A stretch of 24,000 nucleotides of DNA, from positions 5,723 to 29,722 of the forward strand of contig NZ_JAMAST010000016.1 of NCBI RefSeq assembly GCF_023336505.1. Reading direction: 5' to 3'. The stretch's first letter is position 1. Each line of letters begins with the position of its first letter. Position numbers and translations under genes: made by a program. The notes beneath the pieces were generated by a model, which saw nothing but the letters and a program-made list of their open reading frames with translations, searched no databases and was not told where the DNA came from. Of this stretch, positions 16,138 to 24,000 are shown one piece after another. The DNA comes from Sporolactobacillus mangiferae. GTDB taxonomy: Bacteria > Bacillota > Bacilli > Bacillales > Sporolactobacillaceae.

Positions 16138-16392
16138 AATCATGGTTAGGCAACTGCTGCGAACAAACGATCAACACCATTATCAACTGAATGATCATTC
16201 GTTCGATCATCAGTTACCCCTGTACGCATCATTTTCGTCTCTCGAAGTCATTCCTATATTTAGCATCAATTTTTCAATGGGTGTAACCTGTTCTCATTCG
16301 CCTTTATCGAAAATATTTCATATAATTGTCATATATCCACTTTTTCTGTAACAACCTGTTTCGAGATATTTTCAATGATTAAGGAGGCTTCA

Positions 16393-17388
16393 ATGAACAA
16401 CATTATAAATCACGATGACCGCCCACTCGCCGTGCACGCAGAAGGACTGGTTAAGCGCTTTGGAAAACAGCGCGCGGTCGACGGTATCGATCTGAGCATA
16501 CCTCAGGGTACCGTTTATGGATTTCTCGGTCCTAATGGTGCCGGAAAGACGACCACGATGAAGATGCTGGCCACTCTGCTGAAGCCGGATGAAGGCCAGG
16601 CACATATCATGGGCCATGATCTATTGACTGAGCCGAATGCGGTGCGCCGCCGAGTCAGTCTCACTGGTCAGTTCGCTTCGGTTGACGAAGATCTCTCTGG
16701 AATCGAAAATCTGATTTTAATCGCCCGGCTGATGGGTTATTCCCGTAAGGACGCGAAAGAAAGAGCGGGCGAACTGCTTGATGCATTCGGACTTGAAGAA
16801 GCGGCAGGGCGTCAGGCAAAGAAATATTCCGGAGGCATGAGGCGGCGTCTCGATATTGCCGCAAGTATGGTGGTACGCCCGGATCTTCTTTTTCTGGATG
16901 AACCAACTACAGGTCTTGATCCGCGCAGCCGCAATCAGATCTGGGCCATCGTCCGCGCATTAGTGAGTACCGGCACAACCGTTCTCTTAACCACACAATA
17001 TCTCGACGAGGCGGACCAGCTGGCCGACCGGATTGCAGTGATCGACCATGGAAAAATCATTGCTGAGGGGACAAGCGGAGAATTGAAAGCATCCGTCGGT
17101 TCCGGTGTACTTCATGTACGGCTGCAGGATCCGGCAACACGGGCAAAGGCTCAGAAACTGCTTGCCGATACAATCGGGGCTCCTGTCCATCTGTCATCGG
17201 ACCCTGCCGCACTGTCGGCGCAGCTGACCGCCCAGAAAAAAGGAACTCAGGCACTCGCCGCACTGGACGCAAATAACATTGAGGTCAGCGAGTTTTCTCT
17301 CGGTCAGCCAAGTCTCGACGAAGTCTTTTTAACTCTGACCGGCAAACCGACCGAAAACGATGTTCAGAAGGACGGTGCAAAGTCATGA
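16393..17388 (+). CDS. ABC transporter ATP-binding protein, DrrA-like (ABC-2 exporter subfamily)
   Basis: Walker [10 protein letters not shown], signature [12 protein letters not shown], Walker [13 protein letters not shown]. The ATG at 16393 has AAGGAGG 5 nt upstream. The track start at 16375 precedes the SD. Confidence 0.9.
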   Translation: MNNIINHDDRPLAVHAEGLVKRFGKQRAVDGIDLSIPQGTVYGFLGPNGAGKTTTMKMLATLLKPDEGQAHIMGHDLLTEPNAVRRRVSLTGQFASVDEDLSGIENLILIARLMGYSRKDAKERAGELLDAFGLEEAAGRQAKKYSGGMRRRLDIAASMVVRPDLLFLDEPTTGLDPRSRNQIWAIVRALVSTGTTVLLTTQYLDEADQLADRIAVIDHGKIIAEGTSGELKASVGSGVLHVRLQDPATRAKAQKLLADTIGAPVHLSSDPAALSAQLTAQKKGTQALAALDANNIEVSEFSLGQPSLDEVFLTLTGKPTENDVQKDGAKS

Positions 17389-18206
17389 ACGCAGAACAGC
17401 ATATGGAAAAAATGAAGGCCGCGCTCGTTGAACATGAACGTCCTGCAAAGCCAGGTGGCATCTCGACTTCACTGACATTTGCATGGCGCGCACTGCTCAA
17501 GATTAAGTACGTTCCGGAACAACTGCTTGACGTCACATTTTTCCCGGTGATGTTCACGTTAATGTTCACTTATTTATTCGGCGGGGCGCTCGCCGGGTCA
17601 ACCTCGGCATACCTGCAGTTCCTGATTCCAGGGATATTGGTGCAGACGGTGGTTTTCACAACTGTGTATACTGGCGTCTCATTGAACGATGACATCTCTA
17701 AAGGCACGTTTGACCGTTTCCGATCACTTCCCATTTGGAGTCCATCCCCTCTGGTCGGCGCATTGATCGCGGACACTGTACGCTATACGATTGCGTCAAT
17801 CATTGTCATCGCTCTCGGCCTGATTCTTGGATTCCGGCCATTGGGAGGTACTCTTGGTGTGATTGCCGGCATCCTCATCATTCTCATTTTTTCATTCAGT
17901 CTCTCCTGGATCTTTACCGTTGTCGGTCTGCTTCTTCAGACCTCAAAAGCCGTGATGGGTATCAGTATGACGTTGCTGTTTCCGATCACATTTGCAAGCA
18001 ACATTTTCGTTGATCCGGCTACGATGCCTGGCTGGCTGCGCGCATTTGTTGACATCAATCCGGTATCGGTACTGACCACTGCCGTACGTCATCTGATGGG
18101 CGGCCGTCCCGCACTGGCGGAAATTCTCTGGGTCCTGACTGCATCGACTGTTCTGATCCTCGTCTTTGCGCCGCTGACGATGCATCTGTATCGTAATAAG
18201 CAATAG
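17385..18206 (+). CDS. ABC-2 type transporter permease (DrrB-like)
   Basis: 273 aa with about 6 hydrophobic segments. ATGA overlap with the ATPase gene. Confidence 0.85.
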   Translation: MNAEQHMEKMKAALVEHERPAKPGGISTSLTFAWRALLKIKYVPEQLLDVTFFPVMFTLMFTYLFGGALAGSTSAYLQFLIPGILVQTVVFTTVYTGVSLNDDISKGTFDRFRSLPIWSPSPLVGALIADTVRYTIASIIVIALGLILGFRPLGGTLGVIAGILIILIFSFSLSWIFTVVGLLLQTSKAVMGISMTLLFPITFASNIFVDPATMPGWLRAFVDINPVSVLTTAVRHLMGGRPALAEILWVLTASTVLILVFAPLTMHLYRNKQ

Positions 18207-18270
18207 AGCCATGCTTTCGCGGACGTTCCATGTGGCCACATCTCGTGCATATTGATCGGTACGCTCGTAT

Positions 18271-18317
18271 AAAAAGAGAGCACTCGTCGTCAAAGACTTC
18301 TGAGTGCTCTCTTTTTA
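18271..18317. terminator. Strong rho-independent terminator after the ABC operon
   Basis: AAAAAGAGAGCACTC-(16 nt)-GAGTGCTCTCTTTTT. The arms are a perfect 15 nt, with A/T runs on both sides. Confidence 0.85.
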
Positions 18318-18337
18318 GTTGCTTAATTAACGCGGGT

Positions 18338-18394
18338 TATCGGCCTGTTTGCATGATGTATCGGTCTGTTCGCGTATTTAATCGGTCTGTTTGA
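18338..18394 (+). repeat. Three direct repeats (TATCGGCCTGTTTGC / TATCGGTCTGTTCGC / AATCGGTCTGTTTGA) phased at exactly 21 bp
   Basis: Starts at 18338, 18359 and 18380, read directly. They lie between convergent gene ends (ABC permease and MFS). Confidence 0.8.
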
Positions 18395-18540
18395 TTAATC
18401 GTGATTTACCGGCCATCACTTTTCCACACTTTTTGCCCTGAGTTGTTGATCCTGTTCCTTTTTGTTTGCGCATCGCCTGCTGAGGAAGCAACGCTCAAGC
18501 AGGTCATGAATATGTGTAAAAAAACACACCATTCAGGCTG

Positions 18541-19827
18541 TCACTGCATGTTTTGTCCGGAAGCCAGCGGCCTGCGGCGATCACGGAGCAAAAACATCAG
18601 TCCGTATGTGCCCATGCCGACTAAAGCGACAGAGCCCAGAATGATAAAACTGAGCGAATAGCCGAACCAGACCGTCATCGATACAGCGATCGGCGCAATC
18701 GATCGTCCAAGTGAGAAGCGCAGGCCTGCAGCCGCAAAATACTGTGCGCGCAGACGTTCCGGAGCCAGTTTGGCGACAAAGCTGTCCTGCGCGCCAACGG
18801 CCATTAATTCCGCCCACGAAAAAAGCACAATGCCTAAGAGCAGCAACCAGACATTGACCGTGGAACCCAGCAGAAACATGGCAACACCGTAGCACAATGC
18901 AGATCCTATGAAAACACTTTCTTCACGGAAACGGGCCATCCATTTCGTCACAATAACGGTCAGCAAAGCGACACACAGACCATTGGTTGAAACCATGGCA
19001 CTGAATAAACCTTTTCCATCGATAGTAGCCTGCCATTCTCCGATCGAAAACAATGTCTGCGTAGGTACCTGATCAGTCGTATACACAGCAATCAGCAAAT
19101 CAAGCTGCATGAATGTCTGGGCAACAAGCACCCCGGCTAACAGATAAAGCAGAAAGACCCGGTCGGTAAAAATGACCCGGTAATCATTCAGCTGACTCCA
19201 CGCATTTTTCAACCAGCTTCTTTTTACATCTTGATCTTCGGAAGGTTCTGCATGCGGCACAGTTTCATGGATCCAGTGCTGGAGCGCCCAAATTAAGCAC
19301 AGGCTGACTACCGTACATACAATCAAAAAGAAAAAGCGTTCATTGAAGAAGAAAAAGGCGCCAAGCAGCGGACCAATGACTACCGTCACATTAATTGACG
19401 TGTAAAAAATTGCAAACACACTGGCCCGGTGCGCTTCAGGCACCACATCAGCAATCATGGCGCTGCTTGCCGGCCAGTACAGCTGCCCAAACAAACCGAG
19501 CAGTGAAAAGCTGATAAAAGTCAGCCATGGAGAGACAAGCCATGGTGAATTGGCCAAAGCAAAGAATGCAAAGCAAACCGCCTGACCAATCGCAGAAAAA
19601 ACCATCATCCGTTTACGGCCAAAATGATCAGCGCAATAGCCACCGAACAGTCCGAACACCGTGCCGAAAATTTGAGAGATGATCAGCAGCATGCCTGCCA
19701 TTTCCTGGCCAAAGTGATCAGAAAAATAAATCGCCATAAACGGAAAGAACATCCAGAAAAGGATATTAAACAAACCTTCGCCAAGCAGTCTCACTTTTAA
19801 ATTAATGTCCCAGTCTCGCCACTTCAC
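18541..19827 (-). CDS. MFS transporter (DHA-type drug/metabolite efflux-like, 12 TM)
   Basis: The MFS motif GGYCADHFGRKRMM lies between TM2 and TM3, and the protein is hydrophobic throughout. I moved the start to the GTG at 19827 (KWRDWDINLK..), which has GAGGTGGA 7 nt upstream. The track start at 19839 lies inside that SD. Confidence 0.8.
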   Translation of the reverse strand: MKWRDWDINLKVRLLGEGLFNILFWMFFPFMAIYFSDHFGQEMAGMLLIISQIFGTVFGLFGGYCADHFGRKRMMVFSAIGQAVCFAFFALANSPWLVSPWLTFISFSLLGLFGQLYWPASSAMIADVVPEAHRASVFAIFYTSINVTVVIGPLLGAFFFFNERFFFLIVCTVVSLCLIWALQHWIHETVPHAEPSEDQDVKRSWLKNAWSQLNDYRVIFTDRVFLLYLLAGVLVAQTFMQLDLLIAVYTTDQVPTQTLFSIGEWQATIDGKGLFSAMVSTNGLCVALLTVIVTKWMARFREESVFIGSALCYGVAMFLLGSTVNVWLLLLGIVLFSWAELMAVGAQDSFVAKLAPERLRAQYFAAAGLRFSLGRSIAPIAVSMTVWFGYSLSFIILGSVALVGMGTYGLMFLLRDRRRPLASGQNMQ

Positions 19828-19847
19828 TGCAACTTCCACCTCTATTC

Positions 19848-19888
19848 AAACAAAAAGAGCCTGCGCACGGCACCATGATGCCATGCAG
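19848..19888 (-). terminator. Intrinsic terminator inside the MFS leader (attenuator)
   Basis: Minus strand reads CTGC-ATGGCA-tcatgg-TGCCGT-gc-GCAG followed by GCTCTTTTTGTTTG. It ends about 20 nt before the SD of the MFS gene. Confidence 0.55.
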
Positions 19889-20069
19889 CAGACTCGGACT
19901 CATCCATCGTCATTACATTACATTCGGCATAGCTGTGCGTACGGACATAAAGACATTAAATTTTGCGGCAAAGCAGAAACAATTTTGCCTGGAAAGTCAT
20001 TGCCTTTATGCACAGCCATTGGTCATCCCTACCTGTCATTAATCGTCTCGTTCGTGACACAGCTTCTGA

Positions 20070-20098
20070 ATTATACTTTATTTTCTCGTATCTGACAA
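20070..20098 (-). promoter_or_regulatory. SigA-type promoter (TTGTCA-17-TATAAT) driving the MFS leader
   Basis: Minus strand reads TTGTCAgatacgagaaaataaagTATAAT. It implies a 5' UTR of about 235 nt. Confidence 0.65.
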
Positions 20099-20212
20099 TC
20101 GTTTTTTTAACACACGGCTCAGTTCAAATCTGCTGCTGTTTTTTGTCCTTCGCCAGCTTGCCGGGGGACACTGATTCGAAGATCCTGCCGTTTTTTTTCG
20201 CACCGCTTGCGC

Positions 20213-21064
20213 TTACTCTGCAATAAATTTGACAATAGCACGATTGAAAGCATCAAGCAGCTGCTGGCTGACCGGCCCCGGCCTGCCATCGCCAACCGGG
20301 TGTTCATCGATTTTCGTGACTGGACATACGCGCACACCCGTACTGGTAATGAACACTTCATCAGCATTGAGCAATTCTTCGGTTGTAAAAGTGCGCTCCT
20401 CAACCGGTATGCCGAGCTGTTCGGCAAGCCCGAGAACAAAAAGGCGTGTAATGCCATTTAAAATAAAATGATCTGCCAGATGTGTGATCAGCGTGCCGTC
20501 TTTAACCATAAATACATTGCAGGTTGTTCCTTCCGTCACAATGCCGCCACGATGCAGAATTGCGTCATCGGCCCCTTTTTCATATGCCTCCTGGTTAGCC
20601 AGTACATTGCCAAGGAGGTTCAGCGTCTTAATATCACAGCGTAGCCACCGAATATCGTCAAGCAGGCTGACTTTAATTCCGTCCGGATGCAGATCCTCGT
20701 CTCTTGGCGTTGCCTCCACGCTGCCTGTCAGTACACAATCAATTTTCTTCTCCGGAAATCGATGCTTACGCGCGATGGCCCCGCGTGTCACTTGAAAATA
20801 GACATAGCCGTCATTCATTTCGTTTTTCTGAATCAGCGTCTTCAGACGATCTACCAGATGCGGTGTATCATAGGGCAGGTCAAGCCTCAGCTCACGTGCG
20901 CTTCGTTCCAGGCGCTTCATATGAAGATCCAGCAAAAACATTTTGCCGTTGTAAACACGGAGTGCTTCATAAATACCATCGCCAAATTGGTAGCCGCGAT
21001 CTTCCATATCTACCTTTCCCTGTTCCCGCATTAAAAAAGAATCGTTGTACAGAATCACACTCAT
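20213..21064 (-). CDS. dat: D-amino-acid (D-alanine) aminotransferase, PLP fold type IV
   Basis: DMEDRGYQFGDGIYEALRVY..LRCDIKTLNLLGNVLA..EGTTCNVF..LNGITR parallels B. subtilis Dat. I set the start to the ATG at 21064 (MSVILYND..), which has GGAGAGGGG 8 nt upstream. The track start at 21130 lies inside the promoter. Confidence 0.9.
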   Translation of the reverse strand: MSVILYNDSFLMREQGKVDMEDRGYQFGDGIYEALRVYNGKMFLLDLHMKRLERSARELRLDLPYDTPHLVDRLKTLIQKNEMNDGYVYFQVTRGAIARKHRFPEKKIDCVLTGSVEATPRDEDLHPDGIKVSLLDDIRWLRCDIKTLNLLGNVLANQEAYEKGADDAILHRGGIVTEGTTCNVFMVKDGTLITHLADHFILNGITRLFVLGLAEQLGIPVEERTFTTEELLNADEVFITSTGVRVCPVTKIDEHPVGDGRPGPVSQQLLDAFNRAIVKFIAE

Positions 21065-21106
21065 CAAATGCACCCCTCTCCTGCTTACGTTCATCACATT
21101 TTTTCT

Positions 21107-21136
21107 ATTATACCTTGCCGTGACCGTCACTCACAA
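21107..21136 (-). promoter_or_regulatory. SigA-type promoter of dat (TTGTGA-18-TATAAT) with palindrome GTGACgGTCAC in the spacer
   Basis: Minus strand reads TTGTGAgtgacggtcacggcaaggTATAAT. The palindrome is at 21120-21130. Confidence 0.5.
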
Positions 21137-21205
21137 CCGCCGATACTCATTTGTCGCCAGCACTTCTCTTTGCCAAGCTTCTGGCGAGAGTGAAGGCAGT
21201 GCATG

Positions 21206-21234
21206 AAAAAAAGAGACAGCCGAAACCATCTCTG
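21206..21234 (-). terminator. Rho-independent terminator of the HAD/G1PDH operon
   Basis: Minus strand reads AGAGATGG-tttcgg-CTGTCTCT (two G-U pairs) followed by TTTTTTT, 22 nt after the stop at 21256. Confidence 0.6.
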
Positions 21235-21255
21235 GGGAATGCGGATTCTGTCGCG

Positions 21256-22317
21256 TCAGACAAGTATCTCTTTTAAAACGGGGTCCTCATGCAGAATCTG
21301 ATGCGCGCGCGCACGATATTCCGGAACATGCAGAAAGGTATAGCGCATAGGTTTCATCTCCGGTGCCCGATCAATCGCCATGTCAAAGTCGACCATCGTC
21401 ATGCCGACCGTCTTGGCGAATGTGAAAAAGCCTGTATCGCGCAGTACCTTCGTCACTCGCCGGTAGCGATGATCCTGAACCTTACTCATTAAGTAGGTCG
21501 CGACGCCTACCTGAATACCGTGCAGCTGCGGCTTTGCGGAATACGTGTCAAGCGCGTGCGAAATAAGATGTTCACTGCCGCTCGTCGGCGCACTGCTGCC
21601 GGCAATTTCCATCGAAATCCCCGCCATGGTCAGTGAGTCAACCAGTTCCTTAATAAACAAATCGTCACAGATCGTACCAAAGTCCGTACGCACGAAGCTG
21701 TTGACCGCCTTCTTCGAAATCATCAATGCACAGTCGTCCACACGGGTACGTCCGTTCTTTTCTTCAAAAATCCAGTCTTCAGCGGCCGTAATCTTAGAAA
21801 CAAGATCACCGACACCGGAATAGATAAAGCAGTTCGGCGCATTCTTGACCACGTCAATGTCAATAATGATGCCATAAGGCATTTTTGCGTGGACGGAAAT
21901 ACGGCGCCCATGGATGGTCAGCGATGTATTTGAACTCGAAAAACCGTCATTAGAAGTCGAAGTGGGTACACTGACGAAAGGCCATTTGCGCAGCAGTGCC
22001 GTATATTTGGCCGCATCAAGCGCCTTGCCTCCCCCAATGCCGACGACCGCTTCCGTCTGAAATGGCAGCCGAAAAGCATGGTCGACAACGTTGTCAATAT
22101 CAATATCGCTGACTTCCTTTGTCCCCAGCATTTCAATTCCGGCCTCTTTCAACGAACCAAACACCGTTTCACCCAGCATGTCCGTAAGCCCTGTGCCGAA
22201 AAACACAACAACCTTCCTGAACTGGTGGCGGCTGAGCAGCCGTCCGATATTCGCCATATTCCCTTTGCGTACATCCAGCAGAGACGGCACAACGATTTGA
22301 TGATTATTTGCGACCAT
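21256..22317 (-). CDS. Iron-containing alcohol dehydrogenase superfamily, sn-glycerol-1-phosphate dehydrogenase (AraM/EgsA)-like
   Basis: 353 aa. It has the GIGGGKALDAAKY nucleotide-binding loop, VPTSTSNDG, and the metal-ligand region GSEHLISHALD, as in G1P dehydrogenases. GGAGGAGG lies 9 nt upstream of the ATG. It overlaps the HAD gene by 14 nt. Confidence 0.65.
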   Translation of the reverse strand: MVANNHQIVVPSLLDVRKGNMANIGRLLSRHQFRKVVVFFGTGLTDMLGETVFGSLKEAGIEMLGTKEVSDIDIDNVVDHAFRLPFQTEAVVGIGGGKALDAAKYTALLRKWPFVSVPTSTSNDGFSSSNTSLTIHGRRISVHAKMPYGIIIDIDVVKNAPNCFIYSGVGDLVSKITAAEDWIFEEKNGRTRVDDCALMISKKAVNSFVRTDFGTICDDLFIKELVDSLTMAGISMEIAGSSAPTSGSEHLISHALDTYSAKPQLHGIQVGVATYLMSKVQDHRYRRVTKVLRDTGFFTFAKTVGMTMVDFDMAIDRAPEMKPMRYTFLHVPEYRARAHQILHEDPVLKEILV

Positions 22318-22975
22318 GGATCAAAACCTCCTCCTGCCCGGCAAGATAGTCCGCAACCTCTTTAAAATTATTGATCGGAACGTAGCGCCTGTTCTCCTGA
22401 TCAAGCAGTTTCTGCAGTTTTCCTTTAGCAAAAATCGTATCGGCGAGCATCGCTGCTTCTAAATCTGGCCGGCTGTCCCCGGCAAAAAGCACTGTATCAT
22501 AATCTTTCATTAATTCACGGGCCAGTCTGGCTTTGTCAATGCCGTAGAACTCAGAGAAATAAGGACCGTCCGAATCAACCTTTAATTGAATCCCTCTGTT
22601 TTCATACACACCGGGATTGGAATAAATTTTCACATCTGTTATACCCTGTTTTTCAAAAATTCGCTTGATATAATAATCTGTACCTGCACTGATTACTACA
22701 AAGTCACCGCCGTGTTCCTTTACCCAATCAATCACCCGCCTGGCATCGGGATCGAACGGAACGGCATCGATATCCTCGGCAATCTGCCGTTCATCACGAT
22801 CCAGCGAACCAAACAAGCGGCTTAAATATTCAAGATCGGTCATGACTTTCCGATCCCAGTCTGCGTATAGCTGATCCTGCTGATCCGCATAATGGCGTTC
22901 AATAAGGACATGGAAAAAATCTTTATCGGACAAGGTCCCATCAAAGTCGGAAAGAAAAAGAAAGGATTTTGTCAT
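22304..22975 (-). CDS. HAD-superfamily subfamily IB phosphatase (MtnX/PSPase-like)
   Basis: Motif I is LSDFDGTLS, motif II is VISAG, motif IV is FAGDSRPDLEAA. AAAGGAG lies 9 nt upstream of the ATG at 22975. Confidence 0.8.
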   Translation of the reverse strand: MTKSFLFLSDFDGTLSDKDFFHVLIERHYADQQDQLYADWDRKVMTDLEYLSRLFGSLDRDERQIAEDIDAVPFDPDARRVIDWVKEHGGDFVVISAGTDYYIKRIFEKQGITDVKIYSNPGVYENRGIQLKVDSDGPYFSEFYGIDKARLARELMKDYDTVLFAGDSRPDLEAAMLADTIFAKGKLQKLLDQENRRYVPINNFKEVADYLAGQEEVLIHGRK

Positions 22976-23283
22976 ATAATAATGCTCCTTTATTCATTCT
23001 GTTATATTACAGTTTCAGTATATCAGATCATTCACCCATGAAAATTTATTGCAACCGCAACCAATGTGTCAAAGTGATGAAATTCTTTTAAGTGTCTCTG
23101 CCTCTCATACTATTCCCTGTTTTCAGCAAAGTACTGTTAAGCTTATCGACCGAAACGCCAGGAGGCGTGAGCCTCTTCAGATAAATGGAAATGGTGCTTC
23201 CTTTGCTCGTATCAACAGCGTCTGTAGCGCAGGCGCCCGCGTTGTTCAGCCAGATCATTGTTTTGATACAGGGCAGAACATGC

Positions 23284-23311
23284 AAAAACCCGCCGGGCAG
23301 TGCCGGCGGGG
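23284..23311 (-). terminator. Rho-independent terminator of comK
   Basis: Minus strand reads CCCGCCGG-cactgc-CCGGCGGG followed by TTTTT, 21 nt after the stop. Confidence 0.9.
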
Positions 23312-23331
23312 ATAAGGATCACTCATCTTTT

Positions 23332-23919
23332 TTATACAGGCAATTGACGATCATCTTCATGTGATTCCGGATGAATATAAAATGTACCGGTTTCCATGTA
23401 ACTGATTCTTTGCGGTTTGTTTTTTCTTTTTGACTCGTTTTCCAAGGTATATTTTGAAATCCGTTCACGCAGCTGGTGGCGATATTGCATTGCCCGCATC
23501 ATGCGTCCGCTGAACGGACCCGGACTCATTGGAAGCTCAATCTTTTTATCACAGGTTAAAGAAACAGACACAGTTCCGTGCTTGCCGATTTCATGCCACT
23601 GCAGTACGTGAGAAAAGGCAAGCCACGCACAATAGTCTGAACGCTCGGTCATCGACGCGACAAAAATGATGCCAAGCTCGCCGCAGACACAAATTGGCGG
23701 CATACTTTTATAGCCCATCTCCCGGGCACATTTTTTTCTGCCCGTGTAGGAGGATCCGTAGTAGCCGCACGACCGCTCGACAATCGCTTTCGGCAGCCCT
23801 GCAGCATAGACTTCACCTCCTTCTTCAACCACAAGCGTACCCAAATGTCCGTCGGCAAATTGATACGGGAGAAGCGCCATGGTCTCCGGGCGAATAATAT
23901 AATGCTGTCGAATTTTCAT
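23332..23919 (-). CDS. comK: Competence transcription factor ComK
   Basis: IVERSCGYYGSSYTGRKK and the following ..PPI.V...GIIF.. segment parallel B. subtilis ComK (IVDRSCRFFGSSYAGRKA). The ATG at 23919 has GAGGT 6 nt upstream. The track ATG at 23925 abuts the SD. Confidence 0.85.
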   Translation of the reverse strand: MKIRQHYIIRPETMALLPYQFADGHLGTLVVEEGGEVYAAGLPKAIVERSCGYYGSSYTGRKKCAREMGYKSMPPICVCGELGIIFVASMTERSDYCAWLAFSHVLQWHEIGKHGTVSVSLTCDKKIELPMSPGPFSGRMMRAMQYRHQLRERISKYTLENESKRKNKPQRISYMETGTFYIHPESHEDDRQLPV

Positions 23920-24000
23920 TCGCATACCTCACTTCATCTCATTTTTTGAGCAAAACACAGACATGAGCGACAACGAATTTGGTTGGGGAAAAACCGCTCC

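Noticed and set aside
18401-18661. 86-aa plus-strand ORF in the convergent intergenic region
   Set aside because: It has a GTG start without an SD. It runs into and overlaps the 3' end of the MFS gene on the opposite strand. Its composition is Cys/His/Pro-rich. It is probably not coding.
19848-20062. MFS leader considered as a T-box or ykkC/guanidine-I riboswitch
   Set aside because: GGTGCCGTGCG near the terminator only superficially resembles the T-box core. GTCCGAG and TAGGGATGACC only partly resemble the ykkC elements (GGUCCGAGAG, CUAGGGUUCCG). There are not enough matches to assign either class.
19805-20226. Plus-strand ORFs 19805..20095 and 19963..20226
   Set aside because: They lie antisense to the MFS promoter and leader, lack SD sites, and have implausible composition. 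The region is better explained as a minus-strand 5' leader.
22976-23331. 355-bp gene-free region between the HAD gene and comK, including ORF 23049..23315 + and GC-rich palindromic stretches (for example GTATCAA..TTGATAC at 23209-23269)
   Set aside because: The ORF has no SD and a junk-like product. The possible stems are short and interrupted. The region already has to hold the comK terminator and the HAD-operon promoter. I could not support an RNA gene from the sequence alone.
23926-24000. ComK boxes (A4-N5-T4) or an upstream gene end at the right edge
   Set aside because: Only TTTT-gctc-AAAAAA is present, which has the wrong polarity and spacing. The GGAGCGGTTTTT at the very edge looks like the tail of a terminator whose stem lies outside the window, so it cannot be evaluated.
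1-24000. rRNA, tRNA, IS/transposase, integrase, prophage or toxin-antitoxin modules
   Set aside because: No T-loop-like GGTTCGAATCC-type elements occur in the intergenic regions. There are no terminal inverted repeats flanking ORFs, and no ORF has transposase, integrase or toxin-like features.

Overview
About 24 kb of chromosome from a Bacillales-type Firmicute, judged from YjdF, ComK, Dat, YrrN/YrrO, ManA and PbuX-like products. Coding DNA looks roughly 50% GC by eye. I call 23 protein genes, mostly housekeeping or transport. They are two MFS transporters, an NCS2 purine permease, a DrrAB-like ABC exporter, a PLP Cys/Met-family enzyme, a GT4 glycosyltransferase with a six-hairpin glycosidase-like partner, the U32 pair yrrN/yrrO, a beta-hydroxyacid dehydrogenase, manA, yjdF, a TetR-led four-gene operon, dat, a glycerol-1-phosphate-dehydrogenase-like gene with a HAD phosphatase, and comK. 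I found no rRNA, tRNA, IS element or transposase. Many longest-ORF starts in the supplied track sit upstream of the start that has a Shine-Dalgarno site, so I moved them.

The points worth a second look are all outside the big ORFs:
- A cas6-like gene is missing from the ORF track because it runs off the left edge. It lies in a sharply AT-rich island (1-1234).
- A 937-bp gene-free region (2549-3485) holds a 43-bp tandem repeat, an orphan terminator, and a 27-bp repeat pair ending in ATTGAAA. That pair could be a decayed mini-CRISPR or an iteron-like site array.
- A yjdF-type riboswitch candidate carries an explicit anti-SD/SD pairing.
- A structured leader of about 235 nt with an intrinsic terminator precedes an MFS efflux-type gene.
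- Three 21-bp-phased direct repeats sit between convergent genes.
- A translationally coupled G1P-dehydrogenase/HAD-phosphatase pair.

I see no complete novel multi-gene defence system in this window. If one exists, it extends leftward from cas6.
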